From NCBI GenBank assembly GCA_964548925.1, contig CAZJTM010000005.1, positions 1,689 to 65,688 on the forward strand: DNA of 64,000 bases. Reading direction: 5' to 3'. Positions 1 to 10,618 of this stretch are shown here, piece after piece (the first letter of the stretch is position 1; the number at the start of each line of letters is the position of its first letter). The notes beneath the pieces were generated by a model that was not told where the DNA came from, did no database searches, and worked only from the letters and a program-made list of their open reading frames with translations. A program made the translations under genes and the position numbers. This stretch comes from an uncultured Verrucomicrobiota bacterium. Its GTDB lineage: Bacteria; Verrucomicrobiota; Verrucomicrobiia; Limisphaerales; MWDV01.

Positions 1-402
1 CTCCGGGTGATCGCGCAAGACCAAACCGCCCGCGTTCCCGGAGGGATAGCCGCGCTCGTCGTAGAGCCAGAGGGCCATCCCCGCCTTGCGCGCCTCGCGC
101 ACCGCGCGCTCGAACGCCTGCCAGTGCGCTTCGCTTTCCAGGTATTGATCAAACGACACATTGCAGACCACGCCGCCGAAACCCTGTGCGGTGAGTCGTC
201 GAATCAAATCGTCCTGCGCCTCGGGTTGATCCGGCCAGCCGTGGATTATCTTGAGGATGCGGCCCTGGGCGGGTGGTCGGGCGAATCGGCTGACGAAATC
301 ACCAGACTGGCTGTCTGACGCTGCTGGTATTGCGGCGCCCAGCGGATGAATTCCCAGGGCCAGACCGAGGAGCGACACCCAATAGACGCGGAACAAACGC
401 AT
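1..402 (-). CDS. Secreted glycoside-hydrolase-like protein, N-terminal part (runs off window edge)
   Basis: The reverse frame is open from position 1 to the ATG (CAT at 400-402). It translates as MRLFRVYWVSLLGLALGIHPLGAAIPAAS (signal peptide), then ...GFGGVVCNVSFDQYLESEAHWQAFERAVREARKAGMALWLYDERGYPSGNAGG. It is absent from the ORF track because there is no stop inside the window. The family assignment is only a resemblance. Confidence 0.45.
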   Translation of the reverse strand, partial: MRLFRVYWVSLLGLALGIHPLGAAIPAASDSQSGDFVSRFARPPAQGRILKIIHGWPDQPEAQDDLIRRLTAQGFGGVVCNVSFDQYLESEAHWQAFERAVREARKAGMALWLYDERGYPSGNAGGLVLRDHPE

Positions 403-600
403 GGCAGCAGTCAAGCGGACCCAGGCCTGCGTGGCAACCGTGACTTTCGCCACCAGATTGGAAGCTTGACCGTGCCGGCCCAGTGTTCGACACAGCCATC
501 CAACAATGTCGGTTCACGCCACAGACCACAACGCAACCAGCTTCGCCGGCGCGCCGGCGGGAAACGTGGCCGTTTCCGCGGCCAGCCCCAATGATCTCGA

Positions 601-1062
601 GTGCCGCCGGTGGTCCGGAACTCACGTGGGACATACCTTCTCGCGGCCAACGCGGACCAGCATTACTGCTTCGGCCACGCCGAGGGCGGTTTGATGGACC
701 ATCACTGCTTCATCCGCCGTGCGGTGGAATTGGCGCGGCCCGACGGCGGGCGCGTCTGTCTGCTGGTGCCCGAGGGCCTGCTCTCACGGGACAATCGCGG
801 GATGCCGGCGTTGCGCGAAGCGTTGTTGGCGGACTGCGAATTGCGCGCCGTGATCTCACTGCCGCGGGTCTTCAAGAACAACCACGCGCGCATGGCCATC
901 GTGTATCTGGTGCGGTGCGCGCGGAAACGGGCCGCGGGCAGAGTCCTGCTGTCCGAAATCGTCGAGCACTGGACCGATGCAAACGGTGAGGAGCAGACCG
1001 CGGACGTCTTTGGTGAGTTGGAGAAGATCGTCAGCGGTTATCTCTCAGCGCACGGAAACTGA
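601..1062 (+). pseudogene. C-terminal remnant of an N6-adenine DNA methyltransferase (HsdM/type II-like)
   Basis: FIRRAVELARPDGGRVCLLVPEGLLSRD...LRAVISLPRVF matches the post-NPPF region of N6 DNA methylases. An in-frame stop sits just upstream at 592-594. No AdoMet-binding or NPPF motif is present in any frame, and there is no partner R or S gene. Confidence 0.4.
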
Positions 1063-1188
1063 AAGTGCGCCGGGGGCGGGTCAGCGGGGCTGACCCGAGC
1101 AGCCGCTCCAAAAGCTGGCGCTCTTCCTCGGTGAGAGATGTCCCCCAAATTGCGTTTCGCGCGGTGATCTCTGAACCCACGCCCCTGA

Positions 1189-1251
1189 TCCCAAGGATTC
1201 AGAGCGTTCAGGGATTGGTGGAAACTCCACGGATGCATGGGTTCGTGGGGA
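1189..1251. repeat. Family-1 repeat doublet (inverted pair of ~27-nt units)
   Basis: 1189-1216 reads tcccaaggattcagagcgttcagggatt. A degenerate inverted partner lies at 1225-1251 (16/27 match to consensus ATCCTTGAACGCTTCGAATCCTTGGGA). The same unit recurs at 30.6, 38.6 and 39.5 kb. Confidence 0.65.
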
Positions 1252-1524
1252 GATTTCCCCGAACCAACATTCGCGGTTTGATTTCCTGAGCCATACGGGG
1301 CCGGCATGGTCGCGCCAGGCGGTTCATGGGTGGGCTCAAGAGGGTGGCCAAGACCATGCGATCAAAAGTCATCCAGCGGTGAACCTCCTTCGGCGGTTGC
1401 CAGAATCCTGCCCTCTTCCGGAGAAAAGGGTCGAGGCGAGGGCGAATGTTGGGACCGTCTGAATGGATGCGGCCAAATGCCGGCCAATGACTGTCGAGCG
1501 GTAAATTCGGCAACCTTGATGCGC

Positions 1525-2439
<915 letters not shown>

Positions 2440-2469
<30 letters not shown>

Positions 2470-2574
2470 ATTCTGCCTGAGCGATCACAGTCTGGCGACG
2501 CGGACGGCCTTTCGCATGCGAGCCAAGGAGTGGTTCCGCTGAAGTTGGAGACAGGCTGGAAGCCTGTCCTACGG
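2440..2574. repeat. Family-2 inverted repeat (two 28-nt arms, 79-nt spacer)
   Basis: 2440-2467 (ccgtaggacaggcttccagtctgtctcc) is the reverse complement of 2547-2574 (ggagacaggctggaagcctgtcctacgg) with 1 mismatch. Each arm contains its own 8-bp mini-hairpin (gacaggct/agcctgtc). Confidence 0.75.
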
Positions 2575-2586
2575 CTTGGAAACGAC

Positions 2587-3876
2587 TCAGTCCCGCTGCG
2601 GCGGCAGGAAGACCGCGATGATTGCCGCCGGCAGAAACAGGCATCCCGCGTATAGCAACGCTGCCCGGTGATCACCGACTTTCGAGAACAGCCCGAAGAA
2701 CACCGTCCCGAACGCTGCCACGACGCGCCCGATGTTGTAGCAGAAGCCCGCGCCGGTGGTGCGAAGCAGCGTTGGGAAAAGAGGCGGCAAATACATCGTG
2801 TAAAGGGCGAAGAGGCCCTGGAAGAAGCCAATGACCGGCAGCCAGGCCAGCAGGCTCGTGTGTTCGCGGGGCGCGTGATAGGCCGCCATCATGGCCAGGA
2901 AGTAGGCCAGCGACATCCAGATGATCGTCCGGCGATAGCCGATGAACCGTGCGATCCAGCCGGCGAAGAAATTGCCGAGGATCGAGCTGGTGATGACCAA
3001 ATACATCGCGGTCGTCGCCAGCTTGTTCTTCGCCTCAGCCGACATCGTCAGCACGTCCGGCAGGTTGCGCAAGTGTTGTTGATGCCAGAACATGAACGCC
3101 CAATGGGCCGTCAACGACACGCCGCACACCAGCACCACCGGAATCGTAGTCCACAGGACTTCCCCGCGGAAGAGATCGCGCACGCCGGGCTCATGATGGT
3201 GCGCTCGTTCCTTCGCCGCGCGCCATTCCTCCGTCTCGGGCACGGCGCGGCGAATCCAGAACACCAGCAGCGCCGGCAGCACGCCGACGAGGAACAAATA
3301 CCGCGGCGGCGCCGACGCCATGAGGAAGTTCGCCAACCCCGCGCCGAGGATGCCGACATTGACACCAGTTTGCAGGACGGCGGCAATCCAGGGCCGCCAC
3401 TTGCGCGGCCACGTTTCCGAGAGCAGCGACGCGCCCACCGCCCATTCGCCGCCGATGCCCAGCGCGGCGAGAAAGCGGAAGATCATCAAGTGCCACCACG
3501 CCTGAGCAAAAAAGGAAAGCCCCGTAAAGCAAGCGTAGGTCAGCACGGTCAGGCTCAGCGCCCGCGCGCGGCCCATGCGATCGCCGATGCGGCCGAAAAA
3601 CCCTCCACCCAGCGCCCAGCCGAGCAGGAAGGCGCCTTGGATGATCGAGCCGTAATGCCCGACGCGCGGATCGGTGGTGGCCGCCGCGTTCAGCAGTTCC
3701 GCCACGAATGGCGCGGCGACGAGCGTGTAGAGATGCATGTCCAAGCCATCGAAGGCCCAGCCAAGCCACGCGGCGATGCCGGAGCGCCACTGCTGCGGGG
3801 AAAGCGAACTCAGGGTTGCGATTTCCGCGCTGACAGGCGCGGAGGTGGGCTGAGGTTTGGCGGCAGCCGAATCCAT
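2587..3876 (-). CDS. MFS transporter
   Basis: About 12 predicted hydrophobic helices. MFS loop motif GRIGDRMGRARAL between TM2 and TM3. The start is placed at the internal Met (MDSAAAKPQ, CAT 3874-3876). The longer ORF to 4005 is possible. Confidence 0.8.
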   Translation of the reverse strand: MDSAAAKPQPTSAPVSAEIATLSSLSPQQWRSGIAAWLGWAFDGLDMHLYTLVAAPFVAELLNAAATTDPRVGHYGSIIQGAFLLGWALGGGFFGRIGDRMGRARALSLTVLTYACFTGLSFFAQAWWHLMIFRFLAALGIGGEWAVGASLLSETWPRKWRPWIAAVLQTGVNVGILGAGLANFLMASAPPRYLFLVGVLPALLVFWIRRAVPETEEWRAAKERAHHHEPGVRDLFRGEVLWTTIPVVLVCGVSLTAHWAFMFWHQQHLRNLPDVLTMSAEAKNKLATTAMYLVITSSILGNFFAGWIARFIGYRRTIIWMSLAYFLAMMAAYHAPREHTSLLAWLPVIGFFQGLFALYTMYLPPLFPTLLRTTGAGFCYNIGRVVAAFGTVFFGLFSKVGDHRAALLYAGCLFLPAAIIAVFLPPQRD

Positions 3877-4155
3877 GTCTTGAACGGCGTGGAAGGTGGC
3901 GGATGGACGCGAGCCAAGGCGAGTGAAATCTGGAGGCGAGGGCGGTGATGGCCAGCGCAGGCGCGTCTCAGTTTTTGCAAACCGGCCCGCGTTTCGCGCC
4001 GACATTCTTGTCGGCCTGTGGACGGCTCACCCGCTCGCGGGCGGACCAGAATGTCCCCGCTCCTTGCAAGAAACTGAGATGCGCCCGACCGACGCAGGGT
4101 CGCCGCATTTGCATGGACGCGGGCCGAGCTTCAGGTGCAGTATCGCGACCTGTAA

Positions 4156-6141
4156 ATGAAACCCGAGATCATCGGTCCACACCCGTTCGATCGGGACGAG
4201 CAGGGACGGCAGCGAGCCCGGATCGGAACGCTCTTTCTTGATCCGCCCGCAATTTACACGCGCCTGCCGGGGGTCCACGCGCTGCAACGGATGCAGTTCG
4301 CCGATTGGCTCAACACGCGACGGGGAGAAGCCGGCCAGCCGCCGCTCACAACCGAGGAGGAGCAACACCTGCTCGATCGCTCGGTGGATTTGTTCTTCGA
4401 GCCGGATCAGATCGTGATCCGGCCCAATCCAGACCGCATGGACCTGGCGTTTGCCGCGGACGAATTGTTGCAGACGCTGACGTCCAAGCGGCAGATCGCG
4501 TTTCTTTCGGTGGCGGACGCGCGCGTGCGCGAGGCGATCAAGCGGCGGGGTGAATGTTGGCGGCTCAGCGCCATTCCCAAGGAGCGCGAGGCCAAGCGGG
4601 CGCTGGTCTTCGGCTCACGCGTGGCCATTCACGGGCTGCCGATCTATTTCTACAACCGCCTCACTGGCACACGCTGGCTGACCTGTCAGGATTTCGAGGA
4701 ACTCGGCGGACTCGAACCGCCGGCACTGGCGCAACACCTGCAAGAGATCGCCGACCACAGCATCCAACGCAACCGCTTGAGCCGGCCGGAAGTGGATTTC
4801 TTCGGCGCGGACGTGCGGCGCATTGGCCCGCGGTCGTTTGCGGGGATCGCTTTCGCCCAACTCCCGCCAGCGGAGTTGCGGGCCAAGCACGAGGAGTTGA
4901 AGGCGCTGTTCGCCTCGTCCGTCCACGAGGCGTTCCGCAAGAATGACTGTCACAACCAGGCTTGGTGCGATCGCATGCTGGCCACGCTCTTTCTTGAAGG
5001 CAACGAGACGCAGAGCGAGCACGTCCTGGCCGGCCTCAGCCCGGAGTTCTTCCTGCGGATCGAGTGGCTGCCCGGCGGGCGGTTTGAGGAAGGCGAATTC
5101 CTGTTGGACTCCATCTTCGACGAGGCGGAACAACGTCCGAACGACGCGTCCCTGCAACGGCTCTGCGACCCGCGCGCCAAGGGCATCATCTTCAATCTCA
5201 TTCGCGAGTATGGCGATGTGGAATACGTGAACGTCGGCTGCGTGCCCGAGTCCCTGTCGCTGGAGCGTCCGCAAACGCGAGGCCGGCGCGGGGTCTATCT
5301 GGCCGAGTTGAAGGTGCGCAGCCAGCGCGAGCCGGTCAGACGCTTCATCCGCTTGCAGAAATGGGGCGTGTGGGAACACCTCGACGAGAACAAGGACCTG
5401 CTGCAGTCCATCGAAGAAAGCGAGGAGTACACCGATTATTGGCTGGACCGGCGACTGGGTTGCCGCCAACTCGGCATGAACTTGCCCAGCCGCGTCGTCA
5501 TGCGCCGGCTCAGTGAAGTGTACCAAGGGACCTCGGCGCGTTACCGCGGACACCGGATTCGCTCGATCTATTTCGAGCGGGACTACCTGGACGGCATCGC
5601 CACGGACAAACTGCCGGTTGAAAAATACAGCCAGCCGGACTATGCGAGGGCGTTGGCGCCCTTGCTCGGGCGGGCGGCCGCTTCCAGCTTGATCGTCGGC
5701 CGGGCCCTCGAGTTGGGCGCGCAACCGGCGTTCGACGACGGCGACGAGGTGGTACGCGAAGGGCCGGATGGGTTGCCCTGCGAAATCCTCGTGGGAGACC
5801 ACAGCGGCGCGTTCGGTGAATACCTGGCCCCGCTCGAGAGTTTCGCCGAACACTATGCGAAACCGGTGAATCAGCGGGCCAAGTTCGTTCCCGACGCGCG
5901 GGAATTCGCCGAGATTTACCTCCAGGCCTTCCGCGAGCAGTTCGTTCACATCCAGGAGGACTACCGCAAGCGCCGTCGGGCGTTTGACACCTTGTTCAAA
6001 CACTGCAAGTACGATCCCGCCGGCAGCTTCGCCTATCGCTGGGAGTGCGCCTTGCGGCGGTTGGACCAAACCAACGCGGACACTCTGCTGGAGGCGATTC
6101 GCCGGCACATCTTTGTGCTGGCGGACCCGAAGGAGGCATGA
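4156..6141 (+). CDS. Large conserved-looking hypothetical protein (661 aa), possible atypical kinase-like core
   Basis: A long ORF with balanced, non-repetitive composition. The opposite-strand ORF (4615-6108) is Arg/Gly/Ala/Pro-rich junk. I recognised no secure family motif. Confidence 0.6.
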   Translation: MKPEIIGPHPFDRDEQGRQRARIGTLFLDPPAIYTRLPGVHALQRMQFADWLNTRRGEAGQPPLTTEEEQHLLDRSVDLFFEPDQIVIRPNPDRMDLAFAADELLQTLTSKRQIAFLSVADARVREAIKRRGECWRLSAIPKEREAKRALVFGSRVAIHGLPIYFYNRLTGTRWLTCQDFEELGGLEPPALAQHLQEIADHSIQRNRLSRPEVDFFGADVRRIGPRSFAGIAFAQLPPAELRAKHEELKALFASSVHEAFRKNDCHNQAWCDRMLATLFLEGNETQSEHVLAGLSPEFFLRIEWLPGGRFEEGEFLLDSIFDEAEQRPNDASLQRLCDPRAKGIIFNLIREYGDVEYVNVGCVPESLSLERPQTRGRRGVYLAELKVRSQREPVRRFIRLQKWGVWEHLDENKDLLQSIEESEEYTDYWLDRRLGCRQLGMNLPSRVVMRRLSEVYQGTSARYRGHRIRSIYFERDYLDGIATDKLPVEKYSQPDYARALAPLLGRAAASSLIVGRALELGAQPAFDDGDEVVREGPDGLPCEILVGDHSGAFGEYLAPLESFAEHYAKPVNQRAKFVPDAREFAEIYLQAFREQFVHIQEDYRKRRRAFDTLFKHCKYDPAGSFAYRWECALRRLDQTNADTLLEAIRRHIFVLADPKEA

Positions 6142-6252
6142 GTCTCGCGTTCCATCGGCTTCATTGGGAAATCACCTGCCGGCACAGGGTCGAAGACTCA
6201 CCGTACTCGACCGGCAACGCATTCCCGTTCCCCAAGGCCAGCCGCAAGCGCC

Positions 6253-6714
6253 TCAGATAACGTAGTCCAAGCCGAAGGAAGCATCGCTCCGCAGCTTGCG
6301 AGCACGCTCGCACAAATCCGCCAACGTGAGCTTTTCCAACACCGCCCGCATGGCTGCACGCACCTCGCTGACGACACTTGCAATGGCCGCAGCCATCGCG
6401 TCGGGACGTTGTCCACGAGCACCGGTGCGATCCCCAAGCGTCGGCGTCTGCGGCAGCGCGTCCTCGACGTAGTGAATCAGGTCCGCCAGCGTGATCTCTT
6501 GGGGCGGGCGGGCGAGACGATAGCCCCCGGCAACACCACGACGGCTTTCCACGAAACCACCCGAGCGCAGGTCGTTCAGAATCTGCTCCAAGAAGCGCTT
6601 CGGAATGTTTTGCCGTTCCGAGATCGTCTGGATGCGGACAACGCCCTGCTCGTAAGTCTCGCCCAGCACAATGAGTGCGCGGAGGGCATACTCGCTACGG
6701 ACTGAGAGCTTCAT
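6253..6714 (-). CDS. Rrf2 family transcriptional regulator (CymR/IscR-like)
   Basis: MKLSVRSEYALRALIVLG...ISERQNIPKRFLEQILNDLRSGGFVESRRGVAGGYRLA is a canonical Rrf2 wHTH. It is divergent from the cysK operon. The start is taken at MKLS (6714). Confidence 0.85.
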   Translation of the reverse strand: MKLSVRSEYALRALIVLGETYEQGVVRIQTISERQNIPKRFLEQILNDLRSGGFVESRRGVAGGYRLARPPQEITLADLIHYVEDALPQTPTLGDRTGARGQRPDAMAAAIASVVSEVRAAMRAVLEKLTLADLCERARKLRSDASFGLDYVI

Positions 6715-6824
6715 GTGATAAATTAATACCAATCTCCATCGTGTAAGTCAAGATTTCGGGATACTCACATAGACGCTCTGTTTCGTTTTGAAAACAGGCT
6801 TTGAAATAATCTTCGTATTCTCTA

Positions 6825-6852
6825 TTGACATCATGTAGATTTGACGTAATCT
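6825..6852 (+). promoter_or_regulatory. Candidate sigma70-type promoter for the M14-cysK transcription unit
   Basis: TTGACA (6825-6830), a 16-nt spacer, then TAATCT (6847-6852). It lies inside a strikingly AT-rich divergent intergenic region (6715-6875). Confidence 0.3.
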
Positions 6853-6875
6853 CTCCGCCATCGAACGCGAAAAAG

Positions 6876-7703
6876 ATGAACGCTCTGCTGAACAATAAGA
6901 CTGCGCCAAGCCGAACTGTGGGCTTCAGACGCTCCGTGGCTGAGGTGCTGTCCCCGTTGGACACCATCGCCGCAGGCTCACCAAACCTGTTGACGAACCG
7001 AGCGGGCCGATTCGACTGCGCCGGGAGTGCGGCGCAATTGCCCCGTTACACGTTTATCGGACCGCGTGGTGGCGATGAGCCGATTCGGGTTGGGTTGTTC
7101 GCGGGAATTCATGGCGACGAACCGGAGGGCGTGTTTGCTCTCATACAGTTCCTCCGGCTGCTGGAAACGAAACCTGAACTTGCCACGGGCTACTGTCTGT
7201 TCATCTACCCTGTGTGCAATCCGACCGGCTTTGAGGCGAACACCCGCCATGCGCCACGCACCGGCAAGGATTTGAACCGTGAGTTCTGGAATCACTCGCG
7301 CGAGCCCGAAGTGCGGTATCTGGAAGCTGAGTTGGTCACGAACGCCTTCCACGGCATCATCTCGCTGCACACGGACGACACGAGCGCCGGCTTCTACGGT
7401 TTCGCCCACGGCGCAACGCTCACTGAGCATCTCATCGAGCCTGCGCTGCGGGCTGCCGAGGAATTCCTCCCGCGCAATCGCGAGGCGGTAATTGACGGCT
7501 TCAACGCCAGCGATGGAGTCATCCGCGAGGGCTACAACGGGGTGCTGTCCGCACCGCCGAACGCGCGCCCACGCCCGTTCGAGATCATTCTTGAAACACC
7601 GCAGGCCGCTCCGCAGGCTCTCAAAGAAGCCGCTTTCGTGGCCGCCCTGCAATCCATCCTAACGAACTACCGCGAGTTCATTGCCTACGCCCCGAACCTG
7701 TGA
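6876..7703 (+). CDS. M14-type zinc carboxypeptidase / succinylglutamate desuccinylase-aspartoacylase family protein
   Basis: VGLFAGIHGDEPEG (HxxE zinc motif), ...NPTGFE...DLNREF...SLHTD. The start is taken at MNALLNNK (ATG 6876). The ORF-track start at 6825 is a TTG inside the putative promoter. Confidence 0.7.
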   Translation: MNALLNNKTAPSRTVGFRRSVAEVLSPLDTIAAGSPNLLTNRAGRFDCAGSAAQLPRYTFIGPRGGDEPIRVGLFAGIHGDEPEGVFALIQFLRLLETKPELATGYCLFIYPVCNPTGFEANTRHAPRTGKDLNREFWNHSREPEVRYLEAELVTNAFHGIISLHTDDTSAGFYGFAHGATLTEHLIEPALRAAEEFLPRNREAVIDGFNASDGVIREGYNGVLSAPPNARPRPFEIILETPQAAPQALKEAAFVAALQSILTNYREFIAYAPNL

Positions 7704-7757
7704 CAGCCTCGCGCCGACGTTTTACGAACAACCAACAACCTAAAGAGGACCAACACC

Positions 7758-8720
7758 ATGCCAGTTCATCCCGACATCATCAGCACCGTGGGGCGCACGC
7801 CCCTCGTCAAACTCAACCGCATCACCGCCGGCCTCGACGCCACCATCGCGCTCAAGGCCGAGTTCTTCAATCCGCTCGGCAGCGTGAAAGACCGCATCGG
7901 CTTCGCCATGATCGCTGCCGCCGAGCGCGACGGCATCTTGACGCCGAAGACCACCATCATCGAGCCGACCTCGGGCAATACCGGCATCGCGCTGGCATTC
8001 GTGGCAGCGGCCAAGGGTTACTCGCTCATTCTCACGATGCCTGAGACGATGAGCTTGGAGCGGCGCACATTACTGGCGTTGCTCGGCGCGAGACTTGTGC
8101 TCACGCCCGGCCCGGAGGGCATGAAGGGCGCCATTCGTCGCGCGGAAGAGTTGCACAAGGAAATCACCGACTCGTGGATTCCGCAGCAGTTCGAGAACGC
8201 CGCCAACCCGGAGATTCATCGCAAGACCACCGCGGAGGAGATTTGGGCCGACACGGACGGCAAGGCGGACATTCTCGTTTCCGCCGTCGGCACAGGCGGC
8301 ACGATTACGGGCATCAGCGAGGTCATCAAGTCGCGCAAGAAGGATTTCAAGTCTATCGCCGTCGAACCGAAGGATTCGCCGGTCATCACGCAAACCCGCA
8401 ACGGTGAACCCTTGAAACCCGGCCCGCACAAGATTCAAGGCACGGGCGCCGGCTTTGTGCCCAAAAACCTCAACCTGCAAATCGTGGACGACGTGGTCAC
8501 GGTGGCAAACGAAGATGCGTTCGCCACCGCGCGCCGGTTGGCGACCGAGGAAGGCATCCTGGCTGGCATCTCTACCGGTGCGAATGTCTGGGCCGCGATG
8601 CAAGTGGCCAAGCGACCGGAGAACAAGGGCAAGCTGATCGTCACCATCGGTTGCAGCACGGGCGAGCGTTACCTCAGCACGCCGCTGGCGGACGAGGCGC
8701 GCCGGCAGGTGCAGAACTAG
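7758..8720 (+). CDS. cysK: Cysteine synthase A (O-acetylserine sulfhydrylase)
   Basis: [24 protein letters not shown] (PLP lysine), [22 protein letters not shown] lies at 7742-7749. Confidence 0.95.
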   Translation: MPVHPDIISTVGRTPLVKLNRITAGLDATIALKAEFFNPLGSVKDRIGFAMIAAAERDGILTPKTTIIEPTSGNTGIALAFVAAAKGYSLILTMPETMSLERRTLLALLGARLVLTPGPEGMKGAIRRAEELHKEITDSWIPQQFENAANPEIHRKTTAEEIWADTDGKADILVSAVGTGGTITGISEVIKSRKKDFKSIAVEPKDSPVITQTRNGEPLKPGPHKIQGTGAGFVPKNLNLQIVDDVVTVANEDAFATARRLATEEGILAGISTGANVWAAMQVAKRPENKGKLIVTIGCSTGERYLSTPLADEARRQVQN

Positions 8721-8809
8721 TTCTCGCCTCCGCCATTCACGATATCACACCAACGGGGCAGGCAGGCCTTACCCCGCACTCAACCGTTTTGTCTCGATTC
8801 CAAACGCAG

Positions 8810-8998
8810 ATGGCCACCGCAAAGCACACAGACTCCGCGCCCGAAGCCGACGCACGTTGGTTGGAGATTGTCCGCCAGCACGTGCGGTCGCTCCAATATG
8901 GCGTGGTGCAGATCGTCGTGCATGACGGCCGCGTGACGCAGATAGAGCGAACCGAGCGCGTGCGCTTGGAGAAACAACCCCTCACTTACGAGATTTGA
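8810..8998 (+). CDS. YezD/DUF2292 family small protein
   Basis: MATAKHTD...LQYGVVQIVVHDGRVTQIERTERVRL matches the DUF2292 core (..G.V.lvvqdGrvvqie.tek.rl). This family is typically linked to sulfur assimilation genes. Confidence 0.7.
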   Translation: MATAKHTDSAPEADARWLEIVRQHVRSLQYGVVQIVVHDGRVTQIERTERVRLEKQPLTYEI

Positions 8999-9086
8999 AG
9001 CCCACCAGACTTCTGGCGGCGAGAAACCAAACCCAGTGACCTGACCGAACCATTGGAAGCCATCCTGACTATGAAAACTGAACTCA

Positions 9087-10592
9087 ATGAAAGTCAACAA
9101 ACTGGTGCTCGCCGTCGTGCTGTGCATCCAGGCGGCCAGCCAAACCTTGCTGGCCGACGCCACTACTGAACAAATCGAAGCGCTCAAACAGCAGATCGAA
9201 CAACTCACCACCAAGGTGCTCGCCCTCGAACAACAAGCCACCGCTGCAAAGGCTCAGGCCACGCCGCCAGCGTCCGCCGATTCGAGGCTCGATCAACTCG
9301 ATCAACAGGTCCGTGTGCTGGAATGCAAGCGCGAACTCGACCAGGAAACTGCAACCGAGAAAGCAAAGCAGACGCCCCGGGTTTCATTCGGCGCGAACGG
9401 CTTCGCGGTCAGTTCGGCAGATTCCAACTACACGTTCCGGGTCCGCGGTTATGTGCAGGCGGACGCGCGGTTTTATCCATCGGATCGGGTGGACACCACA
9501 GCCACCGATACCTTTCTGATCCGACGCGCGCGTCCCATTTTCGAGGGGACCGCTGCGGGGAAGCTGGACTACCGCGTGATGCTGGACTTCGGAGCACAGT
9601 CTTCGCTGTCCTCCGCCAACAACGCACTCCTGCAAGACGCTTATGCCACGTTGCGCTTGTGGCCGGGCCTTCAGATTCAGGGTGGCAAATTCAAAGAACC
9701 CGTTGGCTTGGAACGCCTGCAATCCGGCGCGAACCTGCTGTTCATCGAACGAGCTTACCCCACGCAACTCGTTCCCAACCGCGATGTCGGCTTCCAATTG
9801 CAGGGTGACCTGTTCGCGGACACCCTCCGCTACGAGATCGGGGCCTTTAATGGCGTCGCCGATGGCGGCAGCGGCGATTTTGAAACTGCGGACAACGACA
9901 AGGATGTCGCCGGGCGACTGTTCGCACAGCCCTTCAAGAACGCCCATCTGGACGCCCTGCGCGGCCTGGGCTTCGGTGTCGCCGGCACGACCGGCAATCA
10001 GGAGGGCGCGCTGCGGCCGTTTGTTTCCAGCGGCCTTCAGCGGTTCTTCACCTATCGCACGTCCACTGCGACGACCCAACCAAATGTCCTCGCGGCGGGC
10101 GGCCATTGGCGGGTCGTGCCCCAAGCCTACTATTATTGGGGTCCGTTTGGTCTGTTGGCGGAGTACGCCGTCTCGTCCTCGGAGGTGCGCCAGTCGGGCG
10201 GCGGCACCGGCGCGGGGCAACAGCAGCGTCTGACTCACACTGCATGGCAGGTGGCTGCCTCCTATTTCGTGACCGGGGAGCAGAACTCATTCAGAGCCGT
10301 CGCCCCAAAACGAGCCGCGACCTTCAGCGAGGGGAGTGGTTGGGGCGCATTGGAACTGGCGGCCCGCGTTGGCCAGCTAAACGTGGATAAGGATGCCTTC
10401 CCTGTTTACTCCGATCCCGCGAAGTCCGCCTCCGGCGCGTTCTCCTACGCGCTGGGCGCCAACTGGCATTTGAACCGCAACCTGAAACTCAGCCTGAACT
10501 GGGAACACACCACTTTCGATGCTCCGTCCGGGAATCCTTACCACGACAACCACGAGGATGTCATCCTGACGCGCGCTCAATTCTCCTTCTGA
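9087..10592 (+). CDS. Outer-membrane anion porin, phosphate-selective porin O/P family, with N-terminal coiled coil
   Basis: Signal peptide, then a heptad-like [23 protein letters not shown]. Then [16 protein letters not shown]...[13 protein letters not shown]...[10 protein letters not shown] and a C-terminal ...TRAQFSF beta-barrel signature. Confidence 0.75.
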   Translation: MKVNKLVLAVVLCIQAASQTLLADATTEQIEALKQQIEQLTTKVLALEQQATAAKAQATPPASADSRLDQLDQQVRVLECKRELDQETATEKAKQTPRVSFGANGFAVSSADSNYTFRVRGYVQADARFYPSDRVDTTATDTFLIRRARPIFEGTAAGKLDYRVMLDFGAQSSLSSANNALLQDAYATLRLWPGLQIQGGKFKEPVGLERLQSGANLLFIERAYPTQLVPNRDVGFQLQGDLFADTLRYEIGAFNGVADGGSGDFETADNDKDVAGRLFAQPFKNAHLDALRGLGFGVAGTTGNQEGALRPFVSSGLQRFFTYRTSTATTQPNVLAAGGHWRVVPQAYYYWGPFGLLAEYAVSSSEVRQSGGGTGAGQQQRLTHTAWQVAASYFVTGEQNSFRAVAPKRAATFSEGSGWGALELAARVGQLNVDKDAFPVYSDPAKSASGAFSYALGANWHLNRNLKLSLNWEHTTFDAPSGNPYHDNHEDVILTRAQFSF

Positions 10593-10618
10593 GGCCGATA
10601 TTGAACCTGACAAACGCC

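Noticed and set aside
2668-3948. A 426-aa plus-strand ORF.
   Set aside because: It is antisense to the MFS transporter. It has extreme Arg/His/Gly/Pro content.
4615-6108. A 497-aa minus-strand ORF.
   Set aside because: It is antisense to the 661-aa plus-strand ORF, which has far more protein-like composition. There are no motifs.
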